This document shows, piece after piece, positions 48,823-58,963 of a stretch of DNA of 64,000 nt. This DNA comes from Omnitrophica WOR_2 bacterium GWF2_43_52 (GTDB lineage Bacteria > Omnitrophota > Gorgyraeia > Gygaellales > UBA12090), in the NCBI GenBank assembly GCA_001805445.1, contig MHGF01000029.1, positions 68,270 to 132,269 of the forward strand. The letters run 5' to 3'. The position numbers were made by a program, and so were the translations under genes. A model generated the notes under the pieces. It was not told where the DNA came from. It searched no databases and saw nothing but the letters and a program-made list of their open reading frames with translations. How positions within the stretch are numbered: the first letter of the stretch is position 1; each line of letters opens with the position of its first letter.

Positions 48823-49521
48823 ATGGAAGATGTCATTTTAGAGGTAGAAAAAAGAGTGGATACGGGCACGGCAAAGGTTGCTCGTTTACGCAAGAAGGCA
48901 TTGTTTCCTGCTGTAGTCTACGGGGAAGGCAAGGATCCCCTTTCCGTACAGGTAGCGGCAAAAGATTTTCTGCGCCTGATTGGGATTCATAAGGGCGAGT
49001 CTTTTGTCATTAATCTGAAGGTTAAAGACGGCGCTCGCTCGGAAAACAAATCAGTATTGATAAAACAGATACAGCATGACCCCGTTAGCGACGGCATTAT
49101 TCATGTTGATTTTCATGAGATATCATTAACCAAAACCATCAGGGTAAAAGTGCCGCTTACTGCTAAGGGCGATGCCCTCGGCGTGAAGCGAGACGGCGGC
49201 GTTTTAGACCATACCATGTGGGATCTGGAAATCGAATGCCTCCCTACGCAGATTCCCGAATCGGTTGAGGTAGACGTTTCGGATTTGAAGATTGGCGATT
49301 CGCTTCACATAAAGGATATTCGCCTGCCGCAGGGAGTAAAGGTTTTAAACGATCCTGAGTCAGTGGTCTTGGCAGTCGTTACGCCGACGAAAGAAGTGCC
49401 AGCCGCTGGTGAAGAGGCGGCAGCAGGAGAAGCTAAGGCAGAGCCCGAGGTAATCAAAGAAAAGAAGGAAAAGCCTGAAGGCGCCTCAGAAGCCGGCGGA
49501 AAGAAAGAAGAAAAGAAATAA
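48823..49521 (+). CDS. rplY: Ribosomal protein L25 / general stress protein Ctc, with acidic/lysine-rich C-terminal tail
   Basis: LEVEKRVDTGTAKVARLRKKALFPAVVYGEG. 232 aa. Confidence 0.85.
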   Translation: MEDVILEVEKRVDTGTAKVARLRKKALFPAVVYGEGKDPLSVQVAAKDFLRLIGIHKGESFVINLKVKDGARSENKSVLIKQIQHDPVSDGIIHVDFHEISLTKTIRVKVPLTAKGDALGVKRDGGVLDHTMWDLEIECLPTQIPESVEVDVSDLKIGDSLHIKDIRLPQGVKVLNDPESVVLAVVTPTKEVPAAGEEAAAGEAKAEPEVIKEKKEKPEGASEAGGKKEEKK

Positions 49522-49531
49522 CTCATTTATC

Positions 49532-50119
49532 GTGGTGAAAGCGGTTGTTGGATTAGGTAATCCTGGCCAGGCATATAGAAATACCCGCCATAACCTTGGC
49601 TTTATGGTGATAGACGCGCTTCTTGAAGAATTCGAGGGCGCCCTTAAGACATCTGTAAGAGCCAAGGCGCAAAAAGCCAAAGTCCATTTTAAAAAAGAAG
49701 ATGTTGTTCTTTGTAAACCGCTGACGTATATGAATCTCTCCGGAGAGGCAGTCTTGAGGTTATCGCAAGAATTCAAGCTCCATGCCGAGGATATCCTGGT
49801 TATCTGCGATGATATCCAGGTAGCCTTGGGGAGGATAAAATTTAAGGCAAAGGGGAGTGCCGGAGGGCATAACGGGTTGGCCTCAATTATTCAATGCCTC
49901 AAGACGAGCGAGTTCCCGCGGCTGCGGATAGGGATTGCAGCCTGCCCCAGGCCGCCTGATTTAAGCGCGTACGTCTTATCGGAATTTTCAGCGCAGGAAA
50001 GAAAGGTAATGCAAGGTTCTCTGCGGAGCGCCAAGGATGCGGTGTTGTGTTGGTTAGAAGAAGGCACAGAGACGGCAATGAATAAATTTAACAGAGTAAG
50101 GGAGACAGATAATGGCTAA
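49532..50119 (+). CDS. pth: Peptidyl-tRNA hydrolase
   Basis: VVGLGNPGQAYRNTRHNLGF. GTG start. Confidence 0.9.
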   Translation: MVKAVVGLGNPGQAYRNTRHNLGFMVIDALLEEFEGALKTSVRAKAQKAKVHFKKEDVVLCKPLTYMNLSGEAVLRLSQEFKLHAEDILVICDDIQVALGRIKFKAKGSAGGHNGLASIIQCLKTSEFPRLRIGIAACPRPPDLSAYVLSEFSAQERKVMQGSLRSAKDAVLCWLEEGTETAMNKFNRVRETDNG

Positions 50120-50399
50120 GTATGAAGCAATGGTGATTGTAAATCCGAATCTTAACGAGGAACAGAAAAAAGAAATTTCTGCTCATGTCAGTGATGTCAT
50201 TGTCAAAAACCAGGGAGAAGTCGTCAATCTCACCGTCTGGTCAGAAAGACGAAAGCTTGCCTACCCAATGAAAAAATTTCAAGAAGGTATTTATTACCTG
50301 CTTAATTTTACGGCAGATCCGGCAAGCATCATAAAACTCAAGCAGGCCTATAAGCTTAATGAAAATATTATCAGGATGCTTATTTTACGTAATGGCTGA
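50112..50399 (+). CDS. rpsF: 30S ribosomal protein S6
   Basis: MAKYEAMVIVNPNL. 95 aa. Confidence 0.88.
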   Translation: MAKYEAMVIVNPNLNEEQKKEISAHVSDVIVKNQGEVVNLTVWSERRKLAYPMKKFQEGIYYLLNFTADPASIIKLKQAYKLNENIIRMLILRNG

Positions 50400-50439
50400 T
50401 AGGGTATTTTTTTCTCTAGTCTAGTAAAGGAGAAGGATT

Positions 50440-50904
50440 ATGGCGAGCTTAAATAAAGTATTGCTTATAGGAAACCTGACAAAGGATCCGGAATTGCGTT
50501 ACACGCCCCAAGGTACGGCGGTAGTTAATTTAAGGCTTGCGGTAAACAGGAAGTGGAAGGATAAGGCCGGAGAACAAAGGGAGGAAGTCTGTTTTATTAC
50601 AGCGGTAGCCTGGGATAAGCAGGCTGAGGTTTGTAATCAGTACCTGCGTAAAGGCGCTCCCCTTTTTGTTGAAGGAAGGCTTCAGTCACGCTCTTGGGAT
50701 GATGCCTCAGGGCAGAAGCGCAGCGTCATAGAGGTTAGGGCGGAACGGGTCCAATTCTTGGGCCAGCCTCAAGGTGCTCAGGGCTCCAGAGGCCCCGCGG
50801 CCTCGAATGAGATGTCAAACGAAATCCCTCAAGGAGCCAGCGCGGGAGTTCCTGAGGAAAATGTTTCTTGGATGGAAGGAGATGATAGCAGTGGCAATGT
50901 ATAA
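50440..50904 (+). CDS. ssb: Single-stranded DNA-binding protein
   Basis: LNKVLLIGNLTKDPELRYTPQGTAVVNLRLAVN OB-fold. Acidic C-terminal tail. Confidence 0.9.
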   Translation: MASLNKVLLIGNLTKDPELRYTPQGTAVVNLRLAVNRKWKDKAGEQREEVCFITAVAWDKQAEVCNQYLRKGAPLFVEGRLQSRSWDDASGQKRSVIEVRAERVQFLGQPQGAQGSRGPAASNEMSNEIPQGASAGVPEENVSWMEGDDSSGNV

Positions 50905-51166
50905 AAGAGAAAGAAAAACACTCGTTAAGCGCAGAGATAAGGATTTGGAATTCGGCCCGATGCGCAAGAAATTCTGCCGTTTTTGCGTGGAAAAAGTAAA
51001 AGACATTGATTACAAAGATATTAAACGGTTGGAAAAATTCATTAATGACCGATTAAAAATGATATCCCGCAAGTATTCGGGGACATGCGCCAAGCACCAG
51101 CGCAAAGTCAGCACTGCAATCAAGCATGCCCGTTATATTGGTTTATTGCCTTATGTCCGCACCTAG
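50897..51166 (+). CDS. rpsR: 30S ribosomal protein S18
   Basis: FCRFCVEKVKDIDYKDIKRLEKFINDRLKMISRKYSGTCAKHQRKVSTAIKHARYIGLLPY. Start trimmed to the ATG overlapping the ssb stop; the track ORF extends 123 bp upstream into ssb. Confidence 0.85.
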   Translation: MYKRERKTLVKRRDKDLEFGPMRKKFCRFCVEKVKDIDYKDIKRLEKFINDRLKMISRKYSGTCAKHQRKVSTAIKHARYIGLLPYVRT

Positions 51167-51338
51167 TAATAAATGTCACAACGGCCCCAAGAACGCTTGA
51201 TACGTATGGATCAATAGTTTTGAGCCGCTAAGCTGATCCGCCCGCGGCGGAGATGGCCAATAGTCAAAAAAAAGAAACGATAGGCTATCGGCAATAGGCT
51301 ATAGGCCAGTAAGTATAGATTTTATAGAGGAGTAGAGT

Positions 51339-51782
51339 ATGAAAGTAATATTAAAACAAAGAGTGGAACATATAGGTAATGCCTGGGACACGGTAAGTGT
51401 CAAGGATGGTTTTGCCCGCAATTACTTGTTTCCTTTGGGGCTTGCCTTTGAGGCAACCAAGGGAAATTTGAAGATTACGCAGGATTTAGCGAATTCAAAG
51501 GCAGCGGTGCAGGAAAAAGAAAAAACCGATGCCCAGGGCTTGGCGAAAAAGCTGCAGAATGCTTCTTTTACCTTGTCCTGCGAAGCAAATGTTGATGATA
51601 AGCTTTATGGAAGCGTTGATAGCCTTGAGGTATCGAAACTTTTGGTAAGCGAAGGCTATACCATTGATAAAAAAAATATACTTTTAGACGAGCCGATAAA
51701 GTCTCTCGGTGTCTACGAAATTCCTCTCAAGCTGCATCCGGAAGTTGTATCAAAAATCAAGGTGTGGGTAGTTAAGAAATAA
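51339..51782 (+). CDS. rplI: 50S ribosomal protein L9
   Basis: MKVILKQRVEHIGNAWDTVSVKDGFARNYLFPLGLA. Confidence 0.9.
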   Translation: MKVILKQRVEHIGNAWDTVSVKDGFARNYLFPLGLAFEATKGNLKITQDLANSKAAVQEKEKTDAQGLAKKLQNASFTLSCEANVDDKLYGSVDSLEVSKLLVSEGYTIDKKNILLDEPIKSLGVYEIPLKLHPEVVSKIKVWVVKK

Positions 51783-51810
51783 GCTTACAATCCTAAAGAG
51801 GTTACGCTTC

Positions 51811-51849
51811 GGCTTCCGCGAGGAGCCTCGCGGAAGCCGCCAGGTTTTT
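51811..51849 (+). terminator. Rho-independent terminator after rplI
   Basis: ggcttccgcgagg / cctcgcggaagcc stem followed by caggttttt. Confidence 0.7.
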
Positions 51850-51894
51850 AGCGCTGATGGCAAGCCGTGGCTATCTTCGTTTAACCATATAAAA

Positions 51895-53235
51895 ATGCCC
51901 TCCGACCTTATCTTAGAAAAAATCCCTCCGCAAAATCTTGAAGCAGAAATGGCAGTCTTGGGTTCGATGCTTATTGATGAAGAAGCCATTGCCACTGCGA
52001 TAGAGACGCTTTCCTCGGAATTCTTTTATAAGGAGAGCCATCGGGCTGTTTATAACTGCATCTTAAACCTTTTTAATCACAATAAGGCTGTTGACCTTAT
52101 TACTATCTGCGATGATTTAAAAAAACAGGAACTTTTAGAGCAGATTGGCGGCTCAAGCTATATCGCGTCTTTGGTTAACACTGTTCCCACCTCAGCAAAC
52201 ATTCACCACTACGCGTCTATTGTCCGCGAGAAAGCAATCCTGAGGGCCCTCATTAATAATTCTACCCGGATTATCAATGATGCCTTTAATGCCGAAGGCA
52301 ATATTGAGCAGGTTTTGGATAATGCTGAGCGGCTCATCTTTGAAATCCGCGATCAGCGTAAATCCTCAGCGATTGTCCCGCTCAAGGAAATCATTAAGGA
52401 TTCTATTGAAGCTATCGATAAGCTTTATCAGAAAAAAGAGCATGTTACCGGGATCGCGACTGGTTACGCGGATTTTGATGTCAAGACCGCGGGGCTGCAG
52501 CCTTCGGATTTAATCATTGTTGCCGGCAGGCCTTCAATGGGAAAGAGTGCCTTTGCCATCGGTATGATAGAATACGCCAGCGTCATCGATAAAGTGCCGA
52601 CCGCTTTTTTCAGCCTGGAAATGTCCAAGGAGCAATTGGTGCAGCGGCTTCTGTGTTCTCACGCGAGGGTAGATGCCCATAAGGTGCGTACGGGCTTTTT
52701 GTCGGTTTCCGACTGGCCAAAACTTACCGCTGCCGCGGGAAAACTTTCAGAGGCATCTATTTTTATCGATGATACCCCGGGTATCTCGGTTATGGAATTA
52801 AGGGCCAAGGCCCGCAGGCTCAAGGCGCATTATGGCATTAAGCTGCTTGTCCTGGATTATTTACAGCTTATGCGCGGCTCAGGAAGGATTGAAAGCAGGC
52901 AGCAGGAAATCTCGGAGATTTCCCGTTCCTTAAAAGCGCTTGCCCGCGAGTTGGATGTGCCGGTCATTGCCATAAGCCAGTTGTCCCGGGCTGTTGAGTC
53001 AAGGACCGACCATAAGCCTCAACTTTCTGATTTACGGGAATCAGGGGCCATCGAGCAGGATGCTGATGTCGTGGTATTATTGATGCGCGAGGAATATTAT
53101 AACCCTACGGAAGAAAATAAAGGTATTGCCGAGATAAATATCGCCAAGCAGCGTAACGGCCCCGTAGGCTCTTTTAATCTGGCGTTTATCCGCGAATATA
53201 CCCGTTTTGAAAACCTTGCCCGTCCCGGCGAGTAA
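51895..53235 (+). CDS. dnaB: Replicative DNA helicase
   Basis: PPQNLEAEMAVLGSML N-terminus. Walker A GRPSMGKSAFAIG. 446 aa. Confidence 0.92.
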   Translation: MPSDLILEKIPPQNLEAEMAVLGSMLIDEEAIATAIETLSSEFFYKESHRAVYNCILNLFNHNKAVDLITICDDLKKQELLEQIGGSSYIASLVNTVPTSANIHHYASIVREKAILRALINNSTRIINDAFNAEGNIEQVLDNAERLIFEIRDQRKSSAIVPLKEIIKDSIEAIDKLYQKKEHVTGIATGYADFDVKTAGLQPSDLIIVAGRPSMGKSAFAIGMIEYASVIDKVPTAFFSLEMSKEQLVQRLLCSHARVDAHKVRTGFLSVSDWPKLTAAAGKLSEASIFIDDTPGISVMELRAKARRLKAHYGIKLLVLDYLQLMRGSGRIESRQQEISEISRSLKALARELDVPVIAISQLSRAVESRTDHKPQLSDLRESGAIEQDADVVVLLMREEYYNPTEENKGIAEINIAKQRNGPVGSFNLAFIREYTRFENLARPGE

Positions 53236-53344
53236 TAAGTATTGATTTTTTATTTTGTATTTATTATAATAAACAGATTATAGGGAAATTATCATAGCTG
53301 CAGGAAGCAAGACCACCGGATTCTTTACCAGATAAAGGAGAGCC

Positions 53345-55837
53345 TTGAAGATAAAACGATATGTTGTTATCGGTATGCTTATTTTGGCGCCTTTTGCCAA
53401 TGCGTACGCGCAAGCGGAAAACAAAGCAATAGATGAGGGAGCTCCCCAGGCCAAAGAACGAGAAGACGCGATTTCTTCGACGCTGAGTGCCATAGATACC
53501 GCTCAAAAACTTAAAGAGGGCGTAGAGAGGGAGAATCGTTTAGCCCAGGCGCTGAGTGAGCCGCGGGAATCATCTTCCAGCGCGGAGCCGGCAAAACCGG
53601 TTGAAAAAAAAGTTACCGCTATTGAAGTTAAGGGAAACAAATCTATCAGTACCACGGTTATCCTTTCCAAAATAAAAACCAAAGCGGGGATGACGTATTC
53701 TACCACTATTATCAGTGACGATATTAAGCGTCTTAATGAGCTGGGGTATTTTAGCGATATCAAGATTGATACGCAGGATTATCAGGACGGCTTAAAGGTT
53801 TTTATCATTGTGGTAGAGAAATCATTGGTGGAAAAGATTATTTTCAAAGGGTATTTCTCGCGGATTATCAGGGAAGAAAACCTCCGGGAGACCATTAAAT
53901 CAAAAGAGGGGCAGTATCTGGATGAGGTGCAAGTGCGGGAGGATATCGCTACGATTAGGGACCTCTGTATCAAAAAAGGCCATTCTCAGGTAGAGGTGAC
54001 TCAGAAGGCGGAGCTTAATCCCCAGACGAATAAGACGATTCTTACCATTACTATTGAAACCGGGAAAAGGATTAGAATTAGGAAAATTGATTTCAAAGGC
54101 AATGCCGTCGTTAAGTCAAGAAAATTGCTGAGGCTTATTAAGAGCCGCAAGGCCGCGCTTTTTTCCTCAGGGTTTTATAAGGAAGAGCTCTTAAAGGATG
54201 ATATTGAAAGGCTCAAATCCTATTACCGCAGGCTCGGTTATACCGATATAAAAGTAGATTACGAAACCGGATACGACGCGAAAAAGGGAACAATGTTTCT
54301 CATTTTTAACCTTAGCGAAGGGAGAAAATATATCGTCGGCCAGGTATATGCCAAGGACAACACGGTACTGAGCGAAGAAGAGATACGAAAGTCGCTTAAG
54401 GTGGTTACTCCGGGGAAAGTTTTTAGCCCTGAGGCTATGCAGGAAGACGCGGGGAATATTCAGAGCATTTATTTTGATCAAGGGTATATTTTTGTGCAGG
54501 TTAATGAGTCAAGTTACCTTAATCCGGAGACTGATAAGGTAGATGTTACCTATAGTATCAATGAAGGGGTTATCGGGTATGTGGATAAGATTAAAATACG
54601 GGGTAATATAAAAACCAAGGACGTGGTGATCCGGAGAGAATTAAGGATATTCCCCGGTGAGCGTTTTGACGGTAATAAGCTTAAGCGCAGTAAAGAACGC
54701 CTGCAAAACTTAGGTTTCTTTGAGGACGTCAGCTATGACATAGAGCCTTCGGTAACGGGTGAGCCGAACAAACGGAATCTCCTCGTTGATGTCAAAGAGT
54801 CAAAAACCGGAGAATTCAGCTTTGGCGGCGGATATAGTTCGGTAGATAAGCTCATTGGTTTTGTAGAAATAGCCCAGAAAAATTTTGATTGGAAAAATTT
54901 TCCTTATTTTACCGGTGGCGGCCAGGATCTGCGGCTGCGGGCTGAGCTTGGCTCAATCTCCCAGAATTTCGAACTCAGTTTTACCGAGCCATGGATGTGG
55001 AATTATCCTATCTCTTTTGGTTTTGATGGTTACCATAGAGAGCGGGATAGGGAAACCGATGTGGGTTATGGCTATAATGAAAAGCGCAGCGGAGGTGACC
55101 TGCGGATAGGGAAAGAGCTTAATGAATACCTGCGGGCTAACGCGATGTATCGTCTGGAGAAGGTGGATATTTCGAGCGTTTCGGATGAGGCTACCAGTGA
55201 CCTTAAGAAAGAGATAGGCTCAAATATCATCAGCTCGCTGCAAGTAGGCTTAACCAAGGATACTCGGGACAATATCTACAGCCCGTCGACAGGCTATGTA
55301 TTGGCAGGCAGCGCTGAGGTTGCCGGAGGGCCATTTTTTGGGGATAAGGATTTTACGAAAGTCACCACTACCGCCAGTAAATACTTTGGGCTCATAAAAT
55401 CTTCCACCATTGAATTCAGGCTGCGGGCTGGGTTTGCTGACGCGTTCGGTGACTCTAAAGATTTGCCTATCTATGAGCGTTTTTATGCTGGTGGCGCCTA
55501 TAGTATTAGGGGCTATCACGAGAGAAAGGTCGGCCCTGTGGACAGTGTTTCTAAAGACCCTATTGGCGGAGAATCAATGCTCATCGGGAATATAGAATAT
55601 TTGTATCCGTTGATTGATATTTTAAAGCTGGCTATTTTTTATGATGTGGGAAATGTCTGGGCGAAGATTGATGATTTTGGCTCTGGCGGCTATAAGTCAG
55701 GGATGGGTTTGGGTATACGGCTTAAGACTCCTATCGGGCCGTTACGCTTAGACTACGGCATTCCCTTAAGCAAAGAGCCGGGTGAACCGGAAAAAGGCGA
55801 TGGGAGATTCCATTTTAGCTTAAGCCATGGGTTTTAG
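53345..55837 (+). CDS. bamA: Outer membrane protein assembly factor BamA (5 POTRA domains + Omp85 barrel)
   Basis: 830 aa. Signal peptide. The barrel ends in an aromatic residue (HFSLSHGF). TTG start with an AAAGGAG RBS. Confidence 0.9.
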   Translation: MKIKRYVVIGMLILAPFANAYAQAENKAIDEGAPQAKEREDAISSTLSAIDTAQKLKEGVERENRLAQALSEPRESSSSAEPAKPVEKKVTAIEVKGNKSISTTVILSKIKTKAGMTYSTTIISDDIKRLNELGYFSDIKIDTQDYQDGLKVFIIVVEKSLVEKIIFKGYFSRIIREENLRETIKSKEGQYLDEVQVREDIATIRDLCIKKGHSQVEVTQKAELNPQTNKTILTITIETGKRIRIRKIDFKGNAVVKSRKLLRLIKSRKAALFSSGFYKEELLKDDIERLKSYYRRLGYTDIKVDYETGYDAKKGTMFLIFNLSEGRKYIVGQVYAKDNTVLSEEEIRKSLKVVTPGKVFSPEAMQEDAGNIQSIYFDQGYIFVQVNESSYLNPETDKVDVTYSINEGVIGYVDKIKIRGNIKTKDVVIRRELRIFPGERFDGNKLKRSKERLQNLGFFEDVSYDIEPSVTGEPNKRNLLVDVKESKTGEFSFGGGYSSVDKLIGFVEIAQKNFDWKNFPYFTGGGQDLRLRAELGSISQNFELSFTEPWMWNYPISFGFDGYHRERDRETDVGYGYNEKRSGGDLRIGKELNEYLRANAMYRLEKVDISSVSDEATSDLKKEIGSNIISSLQVGLTKDTRDNIYSPSTGYVLAGSAEVAGGPFFGDKDFTKVTTTASKYFGLIKSSTIEFRLRAGFADAFGDSKDLPIYERFYAGGAYSIRGYHERKVGPVDSVSKDPIGGESMLIGNIEYLYPLIDILKLAIFYDVGNVWAKIDDFGSGGYKSGMGLGIRLKTPIGPLRLDYGIPLSKEPGEPEKGDGRFHFSLSHGF

Positions 55838-55938
55838 GAATAACGATTGGTATGAAATGGTGTGTTTTGTATAGGAGAGACTGTTTATTAGCAGCGGGAA
55901 AGTTTTTATAAAAACAGTACGTATAAGGGAGGAGAAAA

Positions 55939-56481
55939 ATGAAGAAGGGTAGTTTAGTAATAGCTGTGGCAGTGGTATGCTTTGGGGCATGGGTAAGTTC
56001 CGCTTTCGCGGTTGACAAGATAGGCTATGTTGATGTAGGCAAACTTTTTGATGAATATCCGAAGACAAAAGAGTACGATAAAAACCTTGAGTCAAAGTCA
56101 AGCCTCTATGAGAAGGACCGGGACGCCAAGATTTCCGAGATAAAGCAAATGCAGGAAAAGCTTAGCCTGCTCTCTGACGCGGAAAAAGAGAAAAAAGAAA
56201 AAGAACTGCAGGATAAAATAAAATCAGTGAAAGATTTCGCCTTTTCCAAAGAAAGCGATCTGAAGAAAGAAAGAGACGACAGGTTAAAAGAGGTTCTCAA
56301 TGATATTGAAGGCGCGGTTAAGCAATATGCCCAGAAGGAAGGCTACACCATGGTGTTTAACGACCGTGTCTTTATGTATAAGACTAACGTAAACGATATA
56401 ACGGATAAAGTCTTAGAGGTACTGCAGTCCGGGTATAAGAAATCAGCGCCTCCGGCCGCGGCAGTTAAAAAGGCTAATTAG
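55939..56481 (+). CDS. skp: Periplasmic chaperone Skp (OmpH)
   Basis: Signal peptide plus KIGYVDVGKLF. Coiled-coil lysine/glutamate-rich body. Sits between bamA and lpxD. Confidence 0.8.
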   Translation: MKKGSLVIAVAVVCFGAWVSSAFAVDKIGYVDVGKLFDEYPKTKEYDKNLESKSSLYEKDRDAKISEIKQMQEKLSLLSDAEKEKKEKELQDKIKSVKDFAFSKESDLKKERDDRLKEVLNDIEGAVKQYAQKEGYTMVFNDRVFMYKTNVNDITDKVLEVLQSGYKKSAPPAAAVKKAN

Positions 56482-56600
56482 TAACCACTGAAAAAGTGGT
56501 AACTAATTAGTCAGTATCTCTTTTCCAGGATGCGGCCTGATTTTGTTTTTGAGAGATGTTTTTAGTCAGCCGGTTGCGACCATAGGGATAATAGGTGGTT

Positions 56601-57638
56601 ATGAAAAGTACCTTGGGTGAAATTACCAAGCTTATTGACGGTGAATTGATAGGAGACCCCGGGATTGTTATTACCGGGGTCTGCGGGATAAAGGAGGCCA
56701 AACAAGGCGATATTACCTTTCTTGCCAATCCCCGTTATACGAATCTCATAGAAGAAACAAAGGCTTCGGCAATTATTACTTCCCGGGAATTTTCCCATAG
56801 CGCCAAGCCTATTATCCGGACGGAAAATCCCTCTTTTGCTTTTGCCAAGATAGTTTCATACGCCTATCCATCCTCCCGAGTGGCGTACCAGGGCATACAT
56901 CCGAGTGCCATTATCGGTAAGAACGTTATCCTCGGTAAGGATGTGGCGTTAGCCCCCTATGTCGTCATAGAAGATGACGCGGTAATCGGCGATAAGACGG
57001 TTATTTATCCGGGTTGTTTTATAGGCTATGAAACAGTTATCGGCAGCGAGTGTTTACTGTATCCTAATGTTTCAATACGGGAAAGAACCCGTATTGGCAG
57101 CCGGGTGATTATTCATAGCGGCACAGTGGTTGGTTCAGATGGTTTTGGTTTTGCCGATGTCAGTGGTGTGCATGAAAAGATTCCCCAGGTAGGGATTGTT
57201 GAGATACAGGATGATGTGGAAATCGGGGCTAACGTGGCTATTGACCGGGCGCGTTTTGATAAAACGGTAATCGGCAAAGGAACAAAAATTGATAATCTTG
57301 TGCAGATTGCGCATAATGTAATTATAGGAGAGCATTCACTTATTATAGCGCAGGCAGGTATCTCAGGAAGCACTGTAATCGGCAATAAAGTGATTTTAGC
57401 GGGGCAGGCAGGCCTTGTCGGGCATATCAGCGTAGGGGATGGCGCCGTGGTTGCCGCTCAGGCGGGTGTAACCAAGTCGGTTGCGGCACATACCGTTGTT
57501 TCAGGCTATCCCGCGAGAGCGCATGGAGAAGCAAAGAAGATTAACGCGTATGTACAAAAGCTCCCCCAGCTTTCCGAAACGATTTCAGACCTAAAAAAAC
57601 GCGTGAAGGAATTGGAAGAAAGGATACATAAAGGCTAA
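56601..57638 (+). CDS. lpxD: UDP-3-O-acylglucosamine N-acyltransferase
   Basis: Left-handed beta-helix hexapeptide repeats and the GFGFA motif. 346 aa. An in-frame GTG at 56595 is an alternative start. Confidence 0.9.
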   Translation: MKSTLGEITKLIDGELIGDPGIVITGVCGIKEAKQGDITFLANPRYTNLIEETKASAIITSREFSHSAKPIIRTENPSFAFAKIVSYAYPSSRVAYQGIHPSAIIGKNVILGKDVALAPYVVIEDDAVIGDKTVIYPGCFIGYETVIGSECLLYPNVSIRERTRIGSRVIIHSGTVVGSDGFGFADVSGVHEKIPQVGIVEIQDDVEIGANVAIDRARFDKTVIGKGTKIDNLVQIAHNVIIGEHSLIIAQAGISGSTVIGNKVILAGQAGLVGHISVGDGAVVAAQAGVTKSVAAHTVVSGYPARAHGEAKKINAYVQKLPQLSETISDLKKRVKELEERIHKG

Positions 57639-57640
57639 GC

Positions 57641-58963
57641 ATGGAGCTTTTACAGAAGACCATAAAAAATCAGGCAGTAATCTCCGGGGTAGGGCTGCAT
57701 ACGGGTAATAAAGTCACTATGGTTTTTAAGCCTCTGGCGGTAAACAGCGGGATACAGTTTACGCGTAGTGATATAAAAGATAAACCGTTGATAAAAGCTG
57801 ACTACCAGCACCTTTTGGCCCTCAACCGTACTTTACGCCGGACATCGCTGGGAATCGGCAGCGAGATTGAGATTCAGACGATAGAGCATTTAATGGCAAC
57901 CATATCCGGGCTGCAGATAGATAACTTGCTTATTGAAATCGATAATAATGAGATTCCCGGGATGGATGGATCAGGCCTTGAGTTTCTCAATGCCTTAAAG
58001 GGCGCGGGGATTATTGAACAGGATGCTGCGCGTAAGTTTTTTTCGCTTAAGGAGCCTATTTGCGTTGAGGAAGATTCTTGTTTGATTGTGGCGTTACCGG
58101 CAAGCGACTATAGTATCCGTTACACCTTAAGCTTTAACCATCCTTTACTCAGGGCGCAGTATATGGAGCTGGCGATAACACAGGAGAATTTTGAAAAAGA
58201 GCTCGCCTGCGCGCGTACCTTTTGCCTTCAGGCAGAAGCGCAAGGCCTGCAGAACCAGGGTTTAGGAAAAGGCGCTAATTATCAAAACACACTGGTGGTA
58301 GGTGAAAAAGAGGTTATCAAAAACACCCTGCGTTTTCCTGATGAATTTGTGCGGCACAAGATTTTTGATTTGATGGGGGACCTTTCTCTTCTGGGAGTAC
58401 CGCTTAAGGCAAAGATTATTGCCGTTAAGAGCGGCCATTCCCTGAACCTGAAACTGCTTCATAAAATACAGCAGCAGAAGGTCAAATACGATGCCGGAAG
58501 CATTGCCTTCGGGGCTATCCCCAAAGACGGCGAACCTATTGATGCCGCGGCCATTATGAAGATACTGCCCCATCGCTATCCCTTTCTTTTAGTGGATAAG
58601 ATTATTTCTCTGGAAAAAGGAAAACGCGCGGTAGGCATTAAAAATGTGACGGTGAATGAACATTTCTTTGTCGGGCATTTTCCCGGGAAGCCGGTCATGC
58701 CCGGAGTGCTCATTATAGAGGCCATGGCTCAGGTAGGCGGAGTGATGATGCTTTCTCCCGAAGAAAACAGGGGTAAGCTCGCGTTCTTTATGGCCGCCAA
58801 TGACGTGAAATTCAGAAAACCGGTATTGCCCGGGGATCAGCTTATGATCGAGGTCACCGTCGGTAAAATAAAGTCAAGGACCGGGCAGGTATTTGCCAAG
58901 GCATATGTAGACGGAAAAGTTGCCACGGAAGGCGAATTGATGTTTGCGTTAGTTGAGGGATAG
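57641..58963 (+). CDS. lpxC: Bifunctional LpxC (UDP-3-O-acyl-GlcNAc deacetylase) / FabZ (3-hydroxyacyl-ACP dehydratase) fusion
   Basis: N-terminal half has LpxC motifs (GVGLHTGNKV, HLMATISGL). C-terminal half has the FabZ hot-dog fold (LPHRYPFLLVDKI ... FFVGHFPGKPVMPGVL). Confidence 0.9.
   Translation: MELLQKTIKNQAVISGVGLHTGNKVTMVFKPLAVNSGIQFTRSDIKDKPLIKADYQHLLALNRTLRRTSLGIGSEIEIQTIEHLMATISGLQIDNLLIEIDNNEIPGMDGSGLEFLNALKGAGIIEQDAARKFFSLKEPICVEEDSCLIVALPASDYSIRYTLSFNHPLLRAQYMELAITQENFEKELACARTFCLQAEAQGLQNQGLGKGANYQNTLVVGEKEVIKNTLRFPDEFVRHKIFDLMGDLSLLGVPLKAKIIAVKSGHSLNLKLLHKIQQQKVKYDAGSIAFGAIPKDGEPIDAAAIMKILPHRYPFLLVDKIISLEKGKRAVGIKNVTVNEHFFVGHFPGKPVMPGVLIIEAMAQVGGVMMLSPEENRGKLAFFMAANDVKFRKPVLPGDQLMIEVTVGKIKSRTGQVFAKAYVDGKVATEGELMFALVEG

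Noticed and set aside
50774-51166. Long form of the rpsR ORF starting inside ssb
   Set aside because: The N-terminal 41 residues overlap ssb in another frame and are not S18-like. The ATG at 50897 gives a canonical about 89-aa S18.
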